From positions 11,718,001 through 11,782,000 of the forward strand of contig CATNEN010000039.1 of assembly GCA_950097015.1 (NCBI GenBank): 64,000 bases of DNA, given 5' to 3'. The position numbers were made by a program, and so were the translations under genes. The notes below the pieces were generated by a model that saw nothing but the letters and a program-made list of their open reading frames with translations, was not told the origin of the DNA and made no database searches. This DNA is from Macrostomum hystrix (Eukaryota > Animalia > Platyhelminthes). This document shows positions 25,215-38,500 of the stretch, piece by piece; the stretch's first letter is position 1, and every line of letters begins with the position of its first letter.

Positions 25215-25550
25215 GTAATTCCCGTATAGGAACTGGCACATCATTTGGTGACAGTCGACCCGCGGCCAGCGAAGAGGCGATTCTGCCCATTTCGCTGACT
25301 CCTGAGCACACACGCAAACATACTGCAAGCAGACACGCACTCACACAGGTCTGTTCTGACTTACTCATCCTCAGGCAGTGTACACTTTCACTGGTCCTTG
25401 GAGGTTGGCCCTCAAGAGTCCGAATTGCACGACAAGCCATCAAGCCTTCTATCCGCGGCTGCGCCCTAAATGACTGTGGCCTCGCCGCGGTATCGAGCTC
25501 AGGGACCTTGGTGCGAGAGGCAAACGCGTTAGACTGCTCTGCCACTGACT
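25215..25550 (-). mobile_element. SINE family A, near full length
   Basis: Head GTGGCAGAGCAGTCTAACGCGTTTGCCTCTCGCACCAAGGTCCCTGAGCTCGATACCG with A/B-box-like motifs. Confidence 0.85.
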
Positions 25551-25591
25551 CCCTGAATGCTTGTTACATTTAACAACGAGTAGCAAGTTTT

Positions 25592-25840
25592 GCTATTGCG
25601 CGGCGCATCAGAAGGCTGTCTAGCTGTTCAGTCCATGGACTGGGGGACGCCACACCCACCCTTAATTAACCCAGCTAATGCTGGTACCCATTTAATAGCT
25701 GGGTTAACTGAAACAACGCAGAGTCAAGTGTCTTACTAAAGGACACAAGTTGTTCCAGTGGAGTCGGAAATCGAACCCCCAACCTTCAAGTCGTACCTTC
25801 AAGTCGTAAGTCCGACACTCTGACCAAAAGGCTACAACTT
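25592..25840 (-). mobile_element. SINE family B, second copy
   Basis: Aligns with 22464-22700. Confidence 0.75.
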
Positions 25841-28133
25841 CTGTAACCTTCATATTCCAAGTAGTTCATATTCTAAAAAAGGCAGAAAGATGTACACAGC
25901 GCAATCGAACAGATAAATCACTAGATTTAGTGATTTAGTGGCTTCGAGCCATGTCAGAATTAATTAGGGGGGTCGATAAATTAGTATTCAGCTGCATTGC
26001 GTTCTCTCCATTGATGCGAATTCATTCGGCGAAAAATGTCGCTTTAAATCCAAGCGTTACGCTCGTAAACTCGCGGGCTGTTCAAAACTCATGCTTATGA
26101 CTCGAATCGGTTGCAGGCAACTCTGATTTGATTTAAATCCCCCAAGATTGATCAGACAGAGCTTCCGTTCAGTCCGTCGAATTCAGTCTTAACATTGGCA
26201 CATGCTCAGGAAACAAGCGGGTGTAAAGGAAAATTAGATGAGGAAAAAAGTTCCACCGCTTAATTACTGCCCTGCGAGTTCAGCGCTGTAAATCTCCGAG
26301 CCAGATGCTAATGCTAGTTTGTAAATAATGAGAAGTATAACTTTCAACCGTCTGCCTGCAATAGGTAAATGTAAAGTTGTCATATTTAGTATTGTATGCT
26401 GACAACACTATTTTTAACTTGGATGGCAATAACCAATATATATATTTTCATAAATATTTTTAACCAATTTGACCAATAATTTAACCAGACTGTCTTTTGT
26501 ATGTACGTTACGACAATATTTAACGAATGTTTTTTTAATTTCGTCTATTGTTTAAACACCGTACTATAGGGCACTTGAGCAGTTAATGCCCAAAATTCAG
26601 TCTGATGAACGAAGCAAACGCTATGTTATGCCCTACATGCAACACAAAATACACGTTTTGTCGAATGTTTCATGAGTTTACTGCCTGATGTCTTGCCAGT
26701 CCTAATACACAGTTTTGGCCCTAGAAACTTGTCATGCGTTGAATGACTGTATCTGCAATTGAATGCGTGACTTCATTTAGAGTTAAAGAAAATTTCTTTT
26801 GTATTCTATTCGGTATTTTAAAAAACATTGAGTACTGTAGATTGTGTCTCTAATTGTTTCATGAGCATGTGTATATTCTCAAGAGGTTGTGGGTTTGTGT
26901 GTGTGAGTTTGTGTGCGGGTGTGCGGGTACGGGTACTCACGAGTACTCGGGAGTGTGCGCGTACTTTCAGGAGTGTTTAGGTACTTTAGGGAGTGTGGGT
27001 ACTTTAAGGACTGTCTGGACACTTGCAGGAGAAAGTATGAGTTCATTTCCAGAATTGCTTGGCCAAGTAGCCTTGTGAGACTTTAGCTGAAACTATTAGC
27101 TTGATGAAATTGCTGCATCAACAGGCTGATAAAAACTGCTAGTCCGCTATTGCGACTGTCGGCGCCTTTCGTCGACTACAATCAACAGGAAACCAATTTT
27201 CTGCTACAAAGCAGAGCCGTCGGGGATTTTTTTAGAAAGTCTCAGAAAATTGTCTCCTCCTTAAATTTTACCGTTTATTTTAGATGTTTTCACTGAGGAC
27301 GCTAGGACTCGCTTATTTTCAGATAAAGTCAAAAGACGGAGTTTGTAAGCTTAAAACAGTGTCCCAAAGCTCTCCGCAGATAAAAAAGAAGTCTGAGAGT
27401 TATTATCGAGTGCAGTGACAACAGCACTAACTAAACAGCCGGGGATAGCGAGATAAGCTGAACGTTCTTGGTTGAAAATTTATATTAGGCAAGCCACAGG
27501 GTTAGTTTAGCATTGTAGTCGATGCATCTTCACGACCAAACGTCACGATGAATCGACATGGCATGTGAAATTCTCTAGGCGTCAATTGCACGACAATATG
27601 TAAAGATCAGTAATGAGAGATTCGATGGAACTGAAGTTCACCACATCAAAGAAGAGGGTACCAAGCGGCAATTAACAGCTAGACTAAAGGTGGGTCACAG
27701 AAGTTAAGATGATGGGCTTGGACAAGCCACAAAGCCTAATAGGCTAATCAATTTTCTATTCTCATCAACCAGCCTAATATGACACAAATTTTAATACAAA
27801 GTCGCAAGTTTTTGGTCGGTAAAAGAACGCGAGTAAAAACACAACATAACTGAATCAAAAGTGAAAAAAACACAACTGAAGTTTTGGATTTTATAAAATT
27901 AAAACACCCAGAAGCGTCGGCAACACAGCGTACAGTGCAACACAGTGCGAGCGTACCTTTTAAATTAAAAATCAATGATTGTAGCTCGTATATGGCGCCA
28001 ACAATTTAGATTTTTGATATAATGTGTATAAAGGGGGTATACGGAGTCACATACTAAATCTGTCTTCGAGTCGAAATTCCAGTCAAATTGTCAGTATCGC
28101 AAAAAATAGGTTTCTCCAGACGGAAAACTCGTC

Positions 28134-29438
28134 TCATAAAAAGTGTGTCACCTCGGTCTCTATCGAGGTGTCCAGGCTAATGATTTGACAGTCGCGGCTC
28201 GTATGCGAGTATCTGAAATCATCAGAACGGTCGCCACTGTCACCAGACGAGGCTGTGCCTTGCAGTCGGTGCATTCGCATGCAGTCAGTAGATTGGCGCT
28301 TCTGATGCAAATGCAGATGCTGCACCTGCAGCTTCCGCTGTCTCAACTGCTGCTGGCGCAACCTGTAGCGTCTTGGACAAAAGGCCCGTCCAAAAATGTC
28401 GACCAGATCGCCGCGGAATTTATTCGACGAAGCAGCGTAGACAAAAAAGTTTAGTACCGAGTCGGTTACGAGAAGCACGTTCGTGATGCTGTCCGGGTGG
28501 ATTGCGAGCTTCTCAGGCAGGTCGGGGTTGTGCTGCAGAATCGTGGTCGAGATGAAGGTTGGGATCTCGAAGATGCAGAAAAGAATGGCCAACCCCAGCA
28601 CCATTTGGCTGGCTCGAATCGAAGACACCAGGCTGCTATCACCGCCGTTGCAGCCGTTGCCTCCGCAGCTTCGTCGAACTGTCTCTGCGCGCTCAAGACG
28701 GTTGCGACGAATGTAAATCCACATCACGATGGTTGGAAAGGGGATCAGCACTGTCGGTATGAGGGCCTGGAAGATGTAGATGGCCCAGTGTACCAGATCA
28801 GTCTTCAGATAGGGTCGCATCACAATCACAATATCGCCGGGTTGTTTGGCTGGGGCCAGCACAGCAGCTGCATTCTCGAAAGGCAGCAGCTGCTCGGAGT
28901 TGGTGCAGAGCACGCCAACACCAGCCAGGTTGGCCAGCAAAGCCAGCACCAGGGCGGCGCAAATGACGCAGACGAACGCGATGGTCAGGCGACAGCGGTT
29001 GAAGAACAGGAAGCGCCTGGAGGCCAGCGGTCTGACGATCACCTCGCAGCGGGCGGCGCTGATTAGTAAGACGTTCCAGTTGCGAATCGAAACCAGTGCG
29101 TTGATGGCGATGTGAACGCAGCTGGTGAATGTGTGGCTGAAGACGCTGTGCCAGTGCTCGAAGTTGCTGCGCACAATTCCAGCCTCCGTAATGAGGGCGC
29201 ACTGCAGACAGATCTCGGTGCACGAGATGGACAGCAGCGAGAAGCGCACGGCTCTATTGTCGAATTTCTGTCGCGTGAACACAAAAAGAGACAGAGAATT
29301 GACTAGCAGCGCGACCAGGGAGATAGGCAGGATGACGAGGCAGTTGATTCGCTCAGTCAGGACGTAGCTGTGATCGTGCAGCTCCAGTGTGGTGTTGATC
29401 TCAGCCGGTTGGCAGTCGTCCTTGATGAAATGCAGCAT
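28134..29438 (-). CDS. Rhodopsin-family (class A) orphan GPCR, peptide/FMRFamide-receptor-like, ~434 aa, intronless CDS
   Basis: Seven hydrophobic segments: TM1 LVNSLSLFVF, TM3 end ISAARCEVIVRPL (ARC for DRY), TM6 FCIFEIP, TM7 DSVLNFFVY, helix 8 KFRGDL. N-glycosylation site NTT. The first in-frame ATG is at 29438; the track ORF starts at a TTG just after a splice-acceptor-like site near 29520. Confidence 0.88.
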   Translation of the reverse strand: MLHFIKDDCQPAEINTTLELHDHSYVLTERINCLVILPISLVALLVNSLSLFVFTRQKFDNRAVRFSLLSISCTEICLQCALITEAGIVRSNFEHWHSVFSHTFTSCVHIAINALVSIRNWNVLLISAARCEVIVRPLASRRFLFFNRCRLTIAFVCVICAALVLALLANLAGVGVLCTNSEQLLPFENAAAVLAPAKQPGDIVIVMRPYLKTDLVHWAIYIFQALIPTVLIPFPTIVMWIYIRRNRLERAETVRRSCGGNGCNGGDSSLVSSIRASQMVLGLAILFCIFEIPTFISTTILQHNPDLPEKLAIHPDSITNVLLVTDSVLNFFVYAASSNKFRGDLVDIFGRAFCPRRYRLRQQQLRQRKLQVQHLHLHQKRQSTDCMRMHRLQGTASSGDSGDRSDDFRYSHTSRDCQIISLDTSIETEVTHFL

Positions 29439-31147
29439 CTTCGACGGCACACGAGGCTGTGGAGGGTTGTGCCAATGATGGAAAAGATCATTTTGATGCA
29501 GGCCCACACCTTCCAAGCACCTAAGATCTAAAGAATCTTTTAATCTTTAGATAATCGAAAGAATCTCATAGATTTCTGGCTCTATAGACCTAATTTTTAG
29601 TAATATCGAGAAAGATTTTTTGCTCCATTTAATTTTCCAACTCGGTGTGACCGTATTGCTGCGCATGGGATCAGAGACATCCATACAGGTATTCTGTGGC
29701 TAAAATCCCAAAAATATGATCAGCTTGCGGGAAAATATTCGAGGGGAATTTCTTGTGGCTCATACTGTAATTTTTTAAACCCATCAGGTAACTGATAAGA
29801 AATATGAGCTTCGATCATTTGAGCTGTGGAATTTGATTCGATGATCAGTTTAGCTCTGAAATGTTGGTCTGCATGAACTTTTTCAATTACTTTAACGTCA
29901 CGTGGTTCAATAGGCTCAAATATTACAAACGGTTCAGTCCAGAGAAGAGCTGACCTCATGCTTAATCTATGCTTAGATAGGAAACAAGGGATGGCCTCTC
30001 TTAGTGCTCTGCTGCTAGTTAGCAGAATGACGAATGACGGAACTCAGCGCGGCTGCGGAATGCTAATTTGGGTGCCGAAATCAGTCATCAGTCATCAGTC
30101 GCAGGGAGACAAACAGCAATGTCTGTTCAGGGCACGCAGAACAGAGGATTAAATACTATGATTCAGACAGCTTCATCTTGCAAGCCTTTTCGTTAGAAGC
30201 TATTTGAGGAACACATGATAGAGGCCCGTTCAGCTGGCTGCTTGACAATTCGGGCACGCTTTTTCATTTTCAGCGAACGAATCTCATCAACTGTTGGAAT
30301 ACTAATTTGCAGCAAAGCAAGCTTGAATCATGCCGTGTGCTGGAAAGGTGGACGAAGACTCAGAACTGGCGCCAGTGCATAGCCGTGGTCCCCTCTGCCT
30401 CGCAGAGCCTGCGTACAGCCCCTCTGAAGCTCAATCGGGCGGTATGGCACTTTCAGTATGGCCAAAATCAACGTTCTCTGACGTTTGAAGGCCTAAGAGC
30501 ACCTCGTTGTTTGCCCGGTACCTCAGGGACACCAGGATGGCCGTAATCTATCCCACTGCCAGTGTGGATGACACCGATAGATCCCTGCGAGAAACACAGG
30601 AGGTAGTCTGGTTGTCGCAGTGGCCAGCGGAATTGGTGGTCATTTTCCTCTCCTCTGCATCCACCTGCAGCTACGTCAGGTTAGCTATACCGTGAACTTA
30701 TAAAAAACATGTGATACTTGAACTTTGAGAATGAAATCAGTTGTTAGCTTACCTTTACGTGAATAAATGTAAGTGAAGATGTTCTGAAAACTGACTAGCC
30801 TAATGATTTGTTACAGTTTTTAATTAAAAATAATGGAAAAGTTGTTCCTTTCCTGTGTCGAATCGATCCGCTTGACTGATAGGTTTTAAAGGCTAGAAGA
30901 GAATTCGAGATGAAGAACTCAGTGGGACTGAATTGAGCTCAAAATATAGAATTCGGAGCAGACAGTAAACTAAAGTTCACTAATTGAGCCAATCAGATAT
31001 AAGCCAATCGGGAACTGGGCGAATGCGTCAGGAATGGTAACAAAATGAAGGATGATAACTCGTTGGAGGGTTCAATATTGAATTGACAACACGATACGAG
31101 TCTAAATCATAAAACTAATAGATGATGAAGCGACTTAAGCGACTGAA

Positions 31148-31748
31148 GTGACTCAATTGGGGAGTGACTGAATTGGGGAGTGACTGAATTGGGGAGTGAC
31201 TGAATTGGGGAGTGACTGAATTGGGGAGTGACTGAATTGGGGAGTGACTGAATTGGGGAGTGACTGAATTGGGGAGTGACTGAATTGGGGAGTGACTGAA
31301 TTGGGGAGTGACTGAATTGGGGAGTGACTGAATTGGGGAGTGACTGAATTGGGGAGTGACTGAATTGGGGAGTGACTGAATTGGGGAGTGACTGAATTGG
31401 GGAGTGACTGAATTGGGGAGTGACTGAATTGGGGAGTGACTGAATTGGGGAGTGACTGAATTGGGGAGTGACTGAATAGGATGAACAGGGAGTGACTGAA
31501 TAGGATGAATAGGGGAGTGACTGAATAGGATGAATTGGGGAGTGACTGAATAGGATGAACAGGGAGTGACTGAATAGGATGAATAGCGGAGTGACTGAAT
31601 AGGATGAATAGCGGAGTGACTGAATAGGATGAATAGCGGAGTGACTGAATAGGATGAATAGCGGAGTGACTGAATAGGATGAATAGGGGAGTGACTGAAT
31701 AGGATGAATAGCGGAGTGACTGAATAGGATGAATAGCGGAGTGACTGA
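31148..31748. repeat. Compound array: 16-bp (TGAATTGGGGAGTGAC)n grading into 25-bp (GAGTGACTGAATAGGATGAATAGCG)n
   Basis: Visible, with mixed units at the transition near 31470-31570. Confidence 0.95.
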
Positions 31749-32464
31749 TCATCGGTGAGTGGCAGATTTTAAGTGACAGAATGTGTTACGTGACTGAGTC
31801 TCTGTTTTTTAAATATGTTCGATTTTAGCACAATGTCTGGGTGGACGGATAAAGTCCATGCAAAAAGCACAAGAGATGCAAATGTTTTTACAGCCTCTAA
31901 TCCTCTAATGAGCTGTTGTTTTGAAATCTCCATCTTGCATTCCATCATGAGTCAAACTTAAATGCGAAGGCTTATGAAAAAACCACCTAAGTAGGTCTTG
32001 TTAGATTAGGTTAGAGATAAGCCGAAAAGTGAACTTGCATTGAAAAATGAGCTTCCGCTTCACTAGAAACGTCTAGAGATTAATCTCATGGCTAAACAAC
32101 GTTTTCATAGAAAGTTCAGTTGCACACCATATTAAGCTACGCATTTTTTATTTTGTTTTTTTTCTTTCAGTTGACTTTTTTTACCAAAAAGGCGTATGAT
32201 AGACTATGGATGAATAATAACACATGGATTGCAATGGATTGCACATCTGCCTAAAATTTAGGGGTATGGTTTCGCTTCTAGAGACCCCCGTTCTCACTAA
32301 TCGGCTTGAATCGATTCACTCGCTGTTCTATGGTAAAAACAAGTGCATTCAAAAAACTTTCAAGCCCGTGTACAGGGACTTCTAGATGCTCTCTAGCACT
32401 ATAGCATTTCATATTTTGCTAAAACTTCAGTAGCTAAAACTCCATTGAGGGCGGTATTAGGGAG

Positions 32465-33124
32465 GTCTCACTCTTGGCTCGCAGCTAAAACTGAAGTGGC
32501 GCTGCCTTAAAGTGCGGTCTAACTCTTGGCTCGGAACTGAAACTGAGGTGGCGCTGCCTCAAAGTGCGGTCTAACTCTTGGCTCGCAGCTAAAACTGAAG
32601 TGATGTTGCCTTAAAGTGCGGTCTCACTCTTGGCTCGCAGCTAAAACTGAAGTGATGTTGCCTTAAAGTGCGGTCTCACTCTTGGCTCGCAGCTAAAACT
32701 GAAGTGATGTTGCCTTAAAGTGCGGTCTCACTCTTGGCTCGCAGCTAAAACTGAAGTGATGTTGCCTTAAAGTGCGGTCTCACTCTTGGCTCGCAGCTAA
32801 AACTGAAGTGATGTTGCCTTAAAGTGCGGTCTCACTCTTGGCTCGCAGCTAAAACTGAAGTGGCGCTGCCTTAAAGTGCGGTCTCACTCTTGGCTCGCAG
32901 CTAAAACTGAAGTGGCGCTGCCTTAAAGTGCGGTCTAACTCTTGGCTCGGAACTGAAACTGAGGTGGCGCTGTCTCAAAGTGCGGTCTAACTCTTGGCTC
33001 GCAGCTAAAACTGAAGTGATGTTGCCTTAAAGTGCGGTCTCACTCTTGGCTCGCAGCTAAAACTGAAGTGATGTTGCCTTAAAGTGCGGTCTCACTCTTG
33101 GCTCGGAACTGAAACTGAGGTGGC
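32465..33124. repeat. 52-bp minisatellite, about 12.5 copies
   Basis: CTCACTCTTGGCTCGCAGCTAAAACTGAAGTGATGTTGCCTTAAAGTGCGGT with three variant unit types. Confidence 0.95.
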
Positions 33125-34002
33125 TTATTTTTGGCGTGAATCTTTGCCGTCGACTCTAAGTTATGGCTTCTCGACATAGACCAAGACATGAATTAGAGCC
33201 GTTTTCCCAATCTAATTCATTATCTTTCCGCGCCTCCCTAGGGAAGTTGATCGTAAAATAAGCGCGCAAACCGACCAAAGTGCATTGCTGGTAGCCTGCA
33301 GACTCAGTGTCTGCTGCTCGATGGAAGTCTAACTTGCCTATAGATGAAAAAGAATAACAAATGTCCTAAAGAAAAAACTACTTCAAAATGCATGAAAAAA
33401 AGAAAATGTCTTTGGAAGTTTTCAGGCAGCCAGTTAAGCATCCATTAGAGGGTATTATCATCGCACTTATCATCGCACTAGATCATTTAAACAATCGAGA
33501 TACTTAAAAATAAAGTTTTACATAAATCAATTTATTAATTAACTGAAGCAAAACAGGAGGCAAGATTAATAAGTGCGGCAGACACAATTAAAACATTTTT
33601 ATGTTTCATTATTTATTCTTCATTAGCATAATGTCGGTTTTTTTCTATAAAAATGTATACCGTATGAAGTTTGAAATATGTGAAGAGTGAATAGATTCAT
33701 TTTGAAGTATTTTTTTCTAAACTACCAACGCGTTTAATGACTTCATTGCAGCCCTATCTCAGGACCTCTTGTTTGCGCATGTGCATGCGAAGATAATTAA
33801 TATTGTAGTCAGGCATCAAATAAAAGAAAAAGCAGAACAAAATTAAAATAGAACATAGGTTTGTTAGTTTAAACGCCACAGGTAAGCTGTTTTAAGAATT
33901 ATTACAAATTTTTTCGATGAAAGTTTAGATTTCGTAAAAAAATTCTGTAAAAACATTCATTTACCTAGAATACATGTGTTGTTCCTGAACCTTAAACGAC
34001 TT

Positions 34003-34412
34003 CGCACCCACCTCACTCCGTAACCTCTCACTCCGTAACTACCTCACTCCGCACCCACCTGACTCCGCATCCACCTCACTCCGCACCCACCTCACTCCGC
34101 ACCCAACTCACTCCGTAACTACCTCACTCCGCACCCACTTCACTCCGCACCCACCTCACTCCGCACCCACCTCACTCCGCACCCACTTCACTCCGCACCC
34201 ACTTCACTCCGCACCCACCTCACTCCGGACCCACCTCACTCCGCACCCACCTCACTCCGCACCCACTTCACTCCGCACCCACCTCACTCCGCACCCACCT
34301 CACTCCGCACCCACTTCACTCCGCACCCAACTCACTCCGTAACCACCTCACTCCGCACCCACCTCACTCCGCACCCACCTCACTCCGCACCCAACTCACT
34401 CCGTACCCACCA
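34003..34412. repeat. 16-bp minisatellite (ACCCACCTCACTCCGC)n
   Basis: Visible; a related array is at 44960-45236. Confidence 0.93.
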
Positions 34413-35222
34413 ACCTTTATCAGCACCCACCCTCTTAGCCCCTTAAACTGCGATGACCTTTAAACTGTTCGGCAGCAATCATGCTAGAAAACATGCAAGG
34501 ATATTACTGCGCAAAGTATGTCAAAGCTAAAAATGGATAATTAAATCATATGTTCTGCAGGAGGATTCTACAGGATTCTACAGGAGTCTAATTGCTCACA
34601 CAAATAACCGGTTGAGATAGGAAAACGCTTTGCTAAGCTACTCCGTCTATAAATGTATTTCACGCTGTGAGTACACAGTGGGAAAGAGAGCTGCTCGGTA
34701 AGCCAAAAAAGCTGAAAATAAAAGCGACTGAATCAAATGAGGATAACAGTCTGCTGTAGGTATTTTTTGCGCAAAAGAACACAGATTAATCAGGTGCTCC
34801 AAATCAGACGCTAGATTTAACGCGAAACGGGACATCGTCAGAAATTCATGCATTTTTTCATTTACGACACGACCATTCCAGTAATTTTTACGAAAATGAT
34901 GAAGCAGAAAAAAATGCCATGTAAAATGTAGTATAGAGATAATGACTGTCATCAAAGAGCAGGTTGACAGGCTTGAAGCAAGGCAGTTTTTATGTTAATT
35001 AAGCAGACGGAAAAGCGCCACAGTTAGAATTTTTTCTGACGGAAACATTTTCGTCGAGAACGTCGACGAGAAAACGAGCTACAATCGTATTTTATAATAG
35101 TGGCCCACACATAAATTTTTTCGTCTTTAAATATTGTCGTCTTTAAAAAGCATTTTCCATATCGTCAATGAACATTATACGAGTATAATGTGTTTTAAGT
35201 ACAATTTTTCGATCTTTAATTA

Positions 35223-35500
35223 ATATTCTAGATCGTCAGTACATATTCTAGATCGTCAGTACATATTCTAGATCGTCAGTACATATTCTAGATCGTCAGT
35301 ACATATTCTAGATCGTCAGTACATATTCTAGTTCGTCAGTACATATTCTAGATCGTCAGTACATATTCTAGATCGTCAGTACATATTCTAGATCGTCAGT
35401 ACATATTCTAGATCGTCAGTACATATTCTAGATCGTCAGTACATATTCTAGATCGTCAGTACATATTCTAGATCGTCAGTACATATTCTAGATCGTTAGT
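35223..35500. repeat. 20-bp minisatellite (ATATTCTAGATCGTCAGTAC)n just 3' of the P2X stop
   Basis: About 13.5 near-perfect copies. Confidence 0.95.
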
Positions 35501-35594
35501 AAACATGCTAGATAACCAAAAACAATTTTAGATTATCTTAGGAGGCCTTTCAAAATGACTCGCCCGTTGTCAGACTGTCAGACTGATCTTTGAA

Positions 35595-38500
35595 TCAGCA
35601 GCGAGTGTCACCCATGCCTACAGTGTCGTCATGGCTGCCGGTCTGGCAGCTGCTGTCGCTGTTATCCTCATCTTCGTCCTCAAAGTCGTCGTCGTGCTCT
35701 CCAAAGTGGCCCGAGTTAATAGTGCACGACGAAGCGTTTTCATTCTGAGAAGCCGACATGTAGGGAAAAGAGTTCAGAGAGCCGCGAGGATTGAACGGGC
35801 CATGAGCTGAAATTGTTATTTTAGTAAGCAGTGCACTTTTTGATTGAAATTTTGAAGCTACATGTGACCTACTTGCAATGCATGCAAGGTAGGGGTGTCT
35901 TTGACATTGCGGTTAACGCGTTTACGTCTCGCACCATGGTCCCTAGCTGAGTTTGAATCCGTAGCCAGGCCAAATTAGTTTGGGGCGCAGCAGCGGAGTG
36001 AAGGCTTGGGGTGTCGTTCAATTTTCGCCCCATAAAGGCCAATTCCCAAGGCACAGTGAAAACAGTACAGTGCATGATAAAAGGACGATGAAAAAGTTTA
36101 GGCAGATAATATATATACACACCTACATGAGTTGGTATCTGTCTGTATGCGTGGTCTTCAGGATTAAGTGTAATGGTAGAATCGCCTCTCTCTGGCTCCG
36201 AGGCTACTCAAATCATTCGGAGATTAGGAGTTACGACAAAATACTCGAACCACTTACACTCGATCGCTGAAATGGAGTCAAGCTGTAGATGCTGCTGCTG
36301 CGGATGCTGGTGCAGACCATTGTTCGAATCCAGATACTCAACTTCGTCGCCAATCGTAGAGCAGGTCTTGTCGCGATGCGCATCTTGGAAGCGAGCTTGA
36401 CGCTGGTTCTCCTGGGACATCGCCCGACTGGATCCTCGGGGGCCGCCGCCGGCGCGCTTCTTCTTGTAGACATTCGAGGCGCTCTTAAGGCGACCCGGCT
36501 TCTGCTGCTTCGGTGGCGGTACTCGACCGCTCTCGGTCAGCGTTTTGGCGCGCTCAATTTCGCGACGCTTCACCTGCGTGAATGCGTTAAAATCGTCTGC
36601 TCTGCTTTCTGCTTTTTTTCTAAGCAGACGCCACTTCTATCGTGATTTTTTGTCTCTTGTCTCCGGAAGAAAGTGCACTATGCATCTCTTCGATTGCGAA
36701 GCTCGAAAAACAGATTTCTTTGTTGAACTAATGTCCCTATCGACAGAAATTTTATTATCTAATTAGTAATACGAACTAAACAATACGCTCGTAGCTTCAT
36801 AAAATGGCACTCAAAATAAAGAAACACGAATCTATTTAGAAATTTTAGGCCGATTATCTAAGACACTCTTTTGTAGAAATCTTTCGGCAGAAGAATGCTC
36901 TTTAGAAGCATTATCTTAAAATACTCGTAGAACCTTTACAAGGCACAGTTAAAGTGAACACTGCCTGACAATGACAAAGTGAGCCTGTTCTCAGGACCCA
37001 GCGGAATGGGAAGAATTGCCTCACTTAGTTAAGAGCGAATGTGCATTTTCGACAGCGCTCCTGCAAACTTTTTGGTTACCAAAAAATAGCTTCTTGAACG
37101 AAAATAGTCAAATTCAAAGGTTCCTTCACTTGTCATTTTAAGGGCACGTGGCCCTATGTTCATTTTACTTTTCTCTACTTCTTTTTTTAAAGGCTTCCTT
37201 CAGTCTGAGCCTCCTTGGTCTCAACATGACGAGCCCTGGGAAAGGGAAATCTTACACGACACATGAGAAGCATTGGGTTTGGTTAGCTGCTGATCAAATA
37301 GCCCAAGTTAATTATTCCTGAGTCAGCAGTTCATGCCAGGTTTGAATTTCATCCAACCAATGTCCTATCTAAAATTAGCCAATATGGTGAGCGGGATTCG
37401 AAACTGGACAGACATGGCGGCCGGATTCCTTAGATAACACCAATACTCGATGACCGGTGATATCCCAGGAGCAGCCACTGAGAATCGAGGGATTGGCATT
37501 GAATTATTAATGAACGAAATTCAGACGAAAGCCTTCAAGGATTAGATGGGGCACTGACTGTGCCTTGCATTTTTTGCTTAAATTTTCTGTACTGGTGTTT
37601 TTTCAGTATAGTGAGTACAGAACTCATTTATTAAAAGCTCAATCACTAATCACAGCCAACGTGCTTGTTCTAGTTAAAATCTTACTTAGCTGCTGTAGAT
37701 GGTTCTGTGAAAGTACATAGTGACATAAACCCTTCACTTTAGTCTGTGCTTAGAGTAGGTTTAACTTTCTTGTGTAGACCTTTAAGAAACGACTTATCGA
37801 TCGTAGTTGACTTCATTCGCATTTGTGTTTTAGATAAAAGCATTTTCTAAAGAACTGAATTATAAATATGAAGCAACATTTTTTTCGTTTATTTAGCTGC
37901 AGATCAATGCACCGTGTATTTTTTACCTAATTTTTAAAGATTTCATCCATTTAGTTAATCGTATTCCGTCACATTCCCAGTATATACGAGCTAAAAATAC
38001 ATATTATCAAATTCAACTCGCCTATTCTATATCACCGTTTCTCATCACATCCCAATCCCGACTGATCCTTATTACCCTATCGCTTTTTCCCATTCCATCA
38101 TATCATAATTTCTCCCATCCAATCCAATCCATCCCATCTCATCCCATCTCATCCCATCCCATCCCATCCCATCCCATCCCATCCCATCCCATCCCATCCA
38201 ATCCATCCCATCCCATCCCATCTCATCCCACCCCATCCCATCCCATCCCATCACATCCAATCCCATCCCATCCCATACCATCACATCCAATCCCATCCTA
38301 TCCCATCCTATCCCATACCATCCCATCCAATCCCATCCAATCCCATCTCATCCCATACCATCCCATCCAATTTCATCTCATCCAATCCCATACCATCCCA
38401 TTCCATCCCATCCCATACCATCCCATCCCATCCCATACCATCACATCCAATCCCATCATATCCCATCCTATCCCATACCATCCCATCCAATCCCATTCCA

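Noticed and set aside
30307-30695. GC-rich stretch with short ORFs, possible retroelement relic
   Set aside because: No recognisable motif; cannot be supported without a search.
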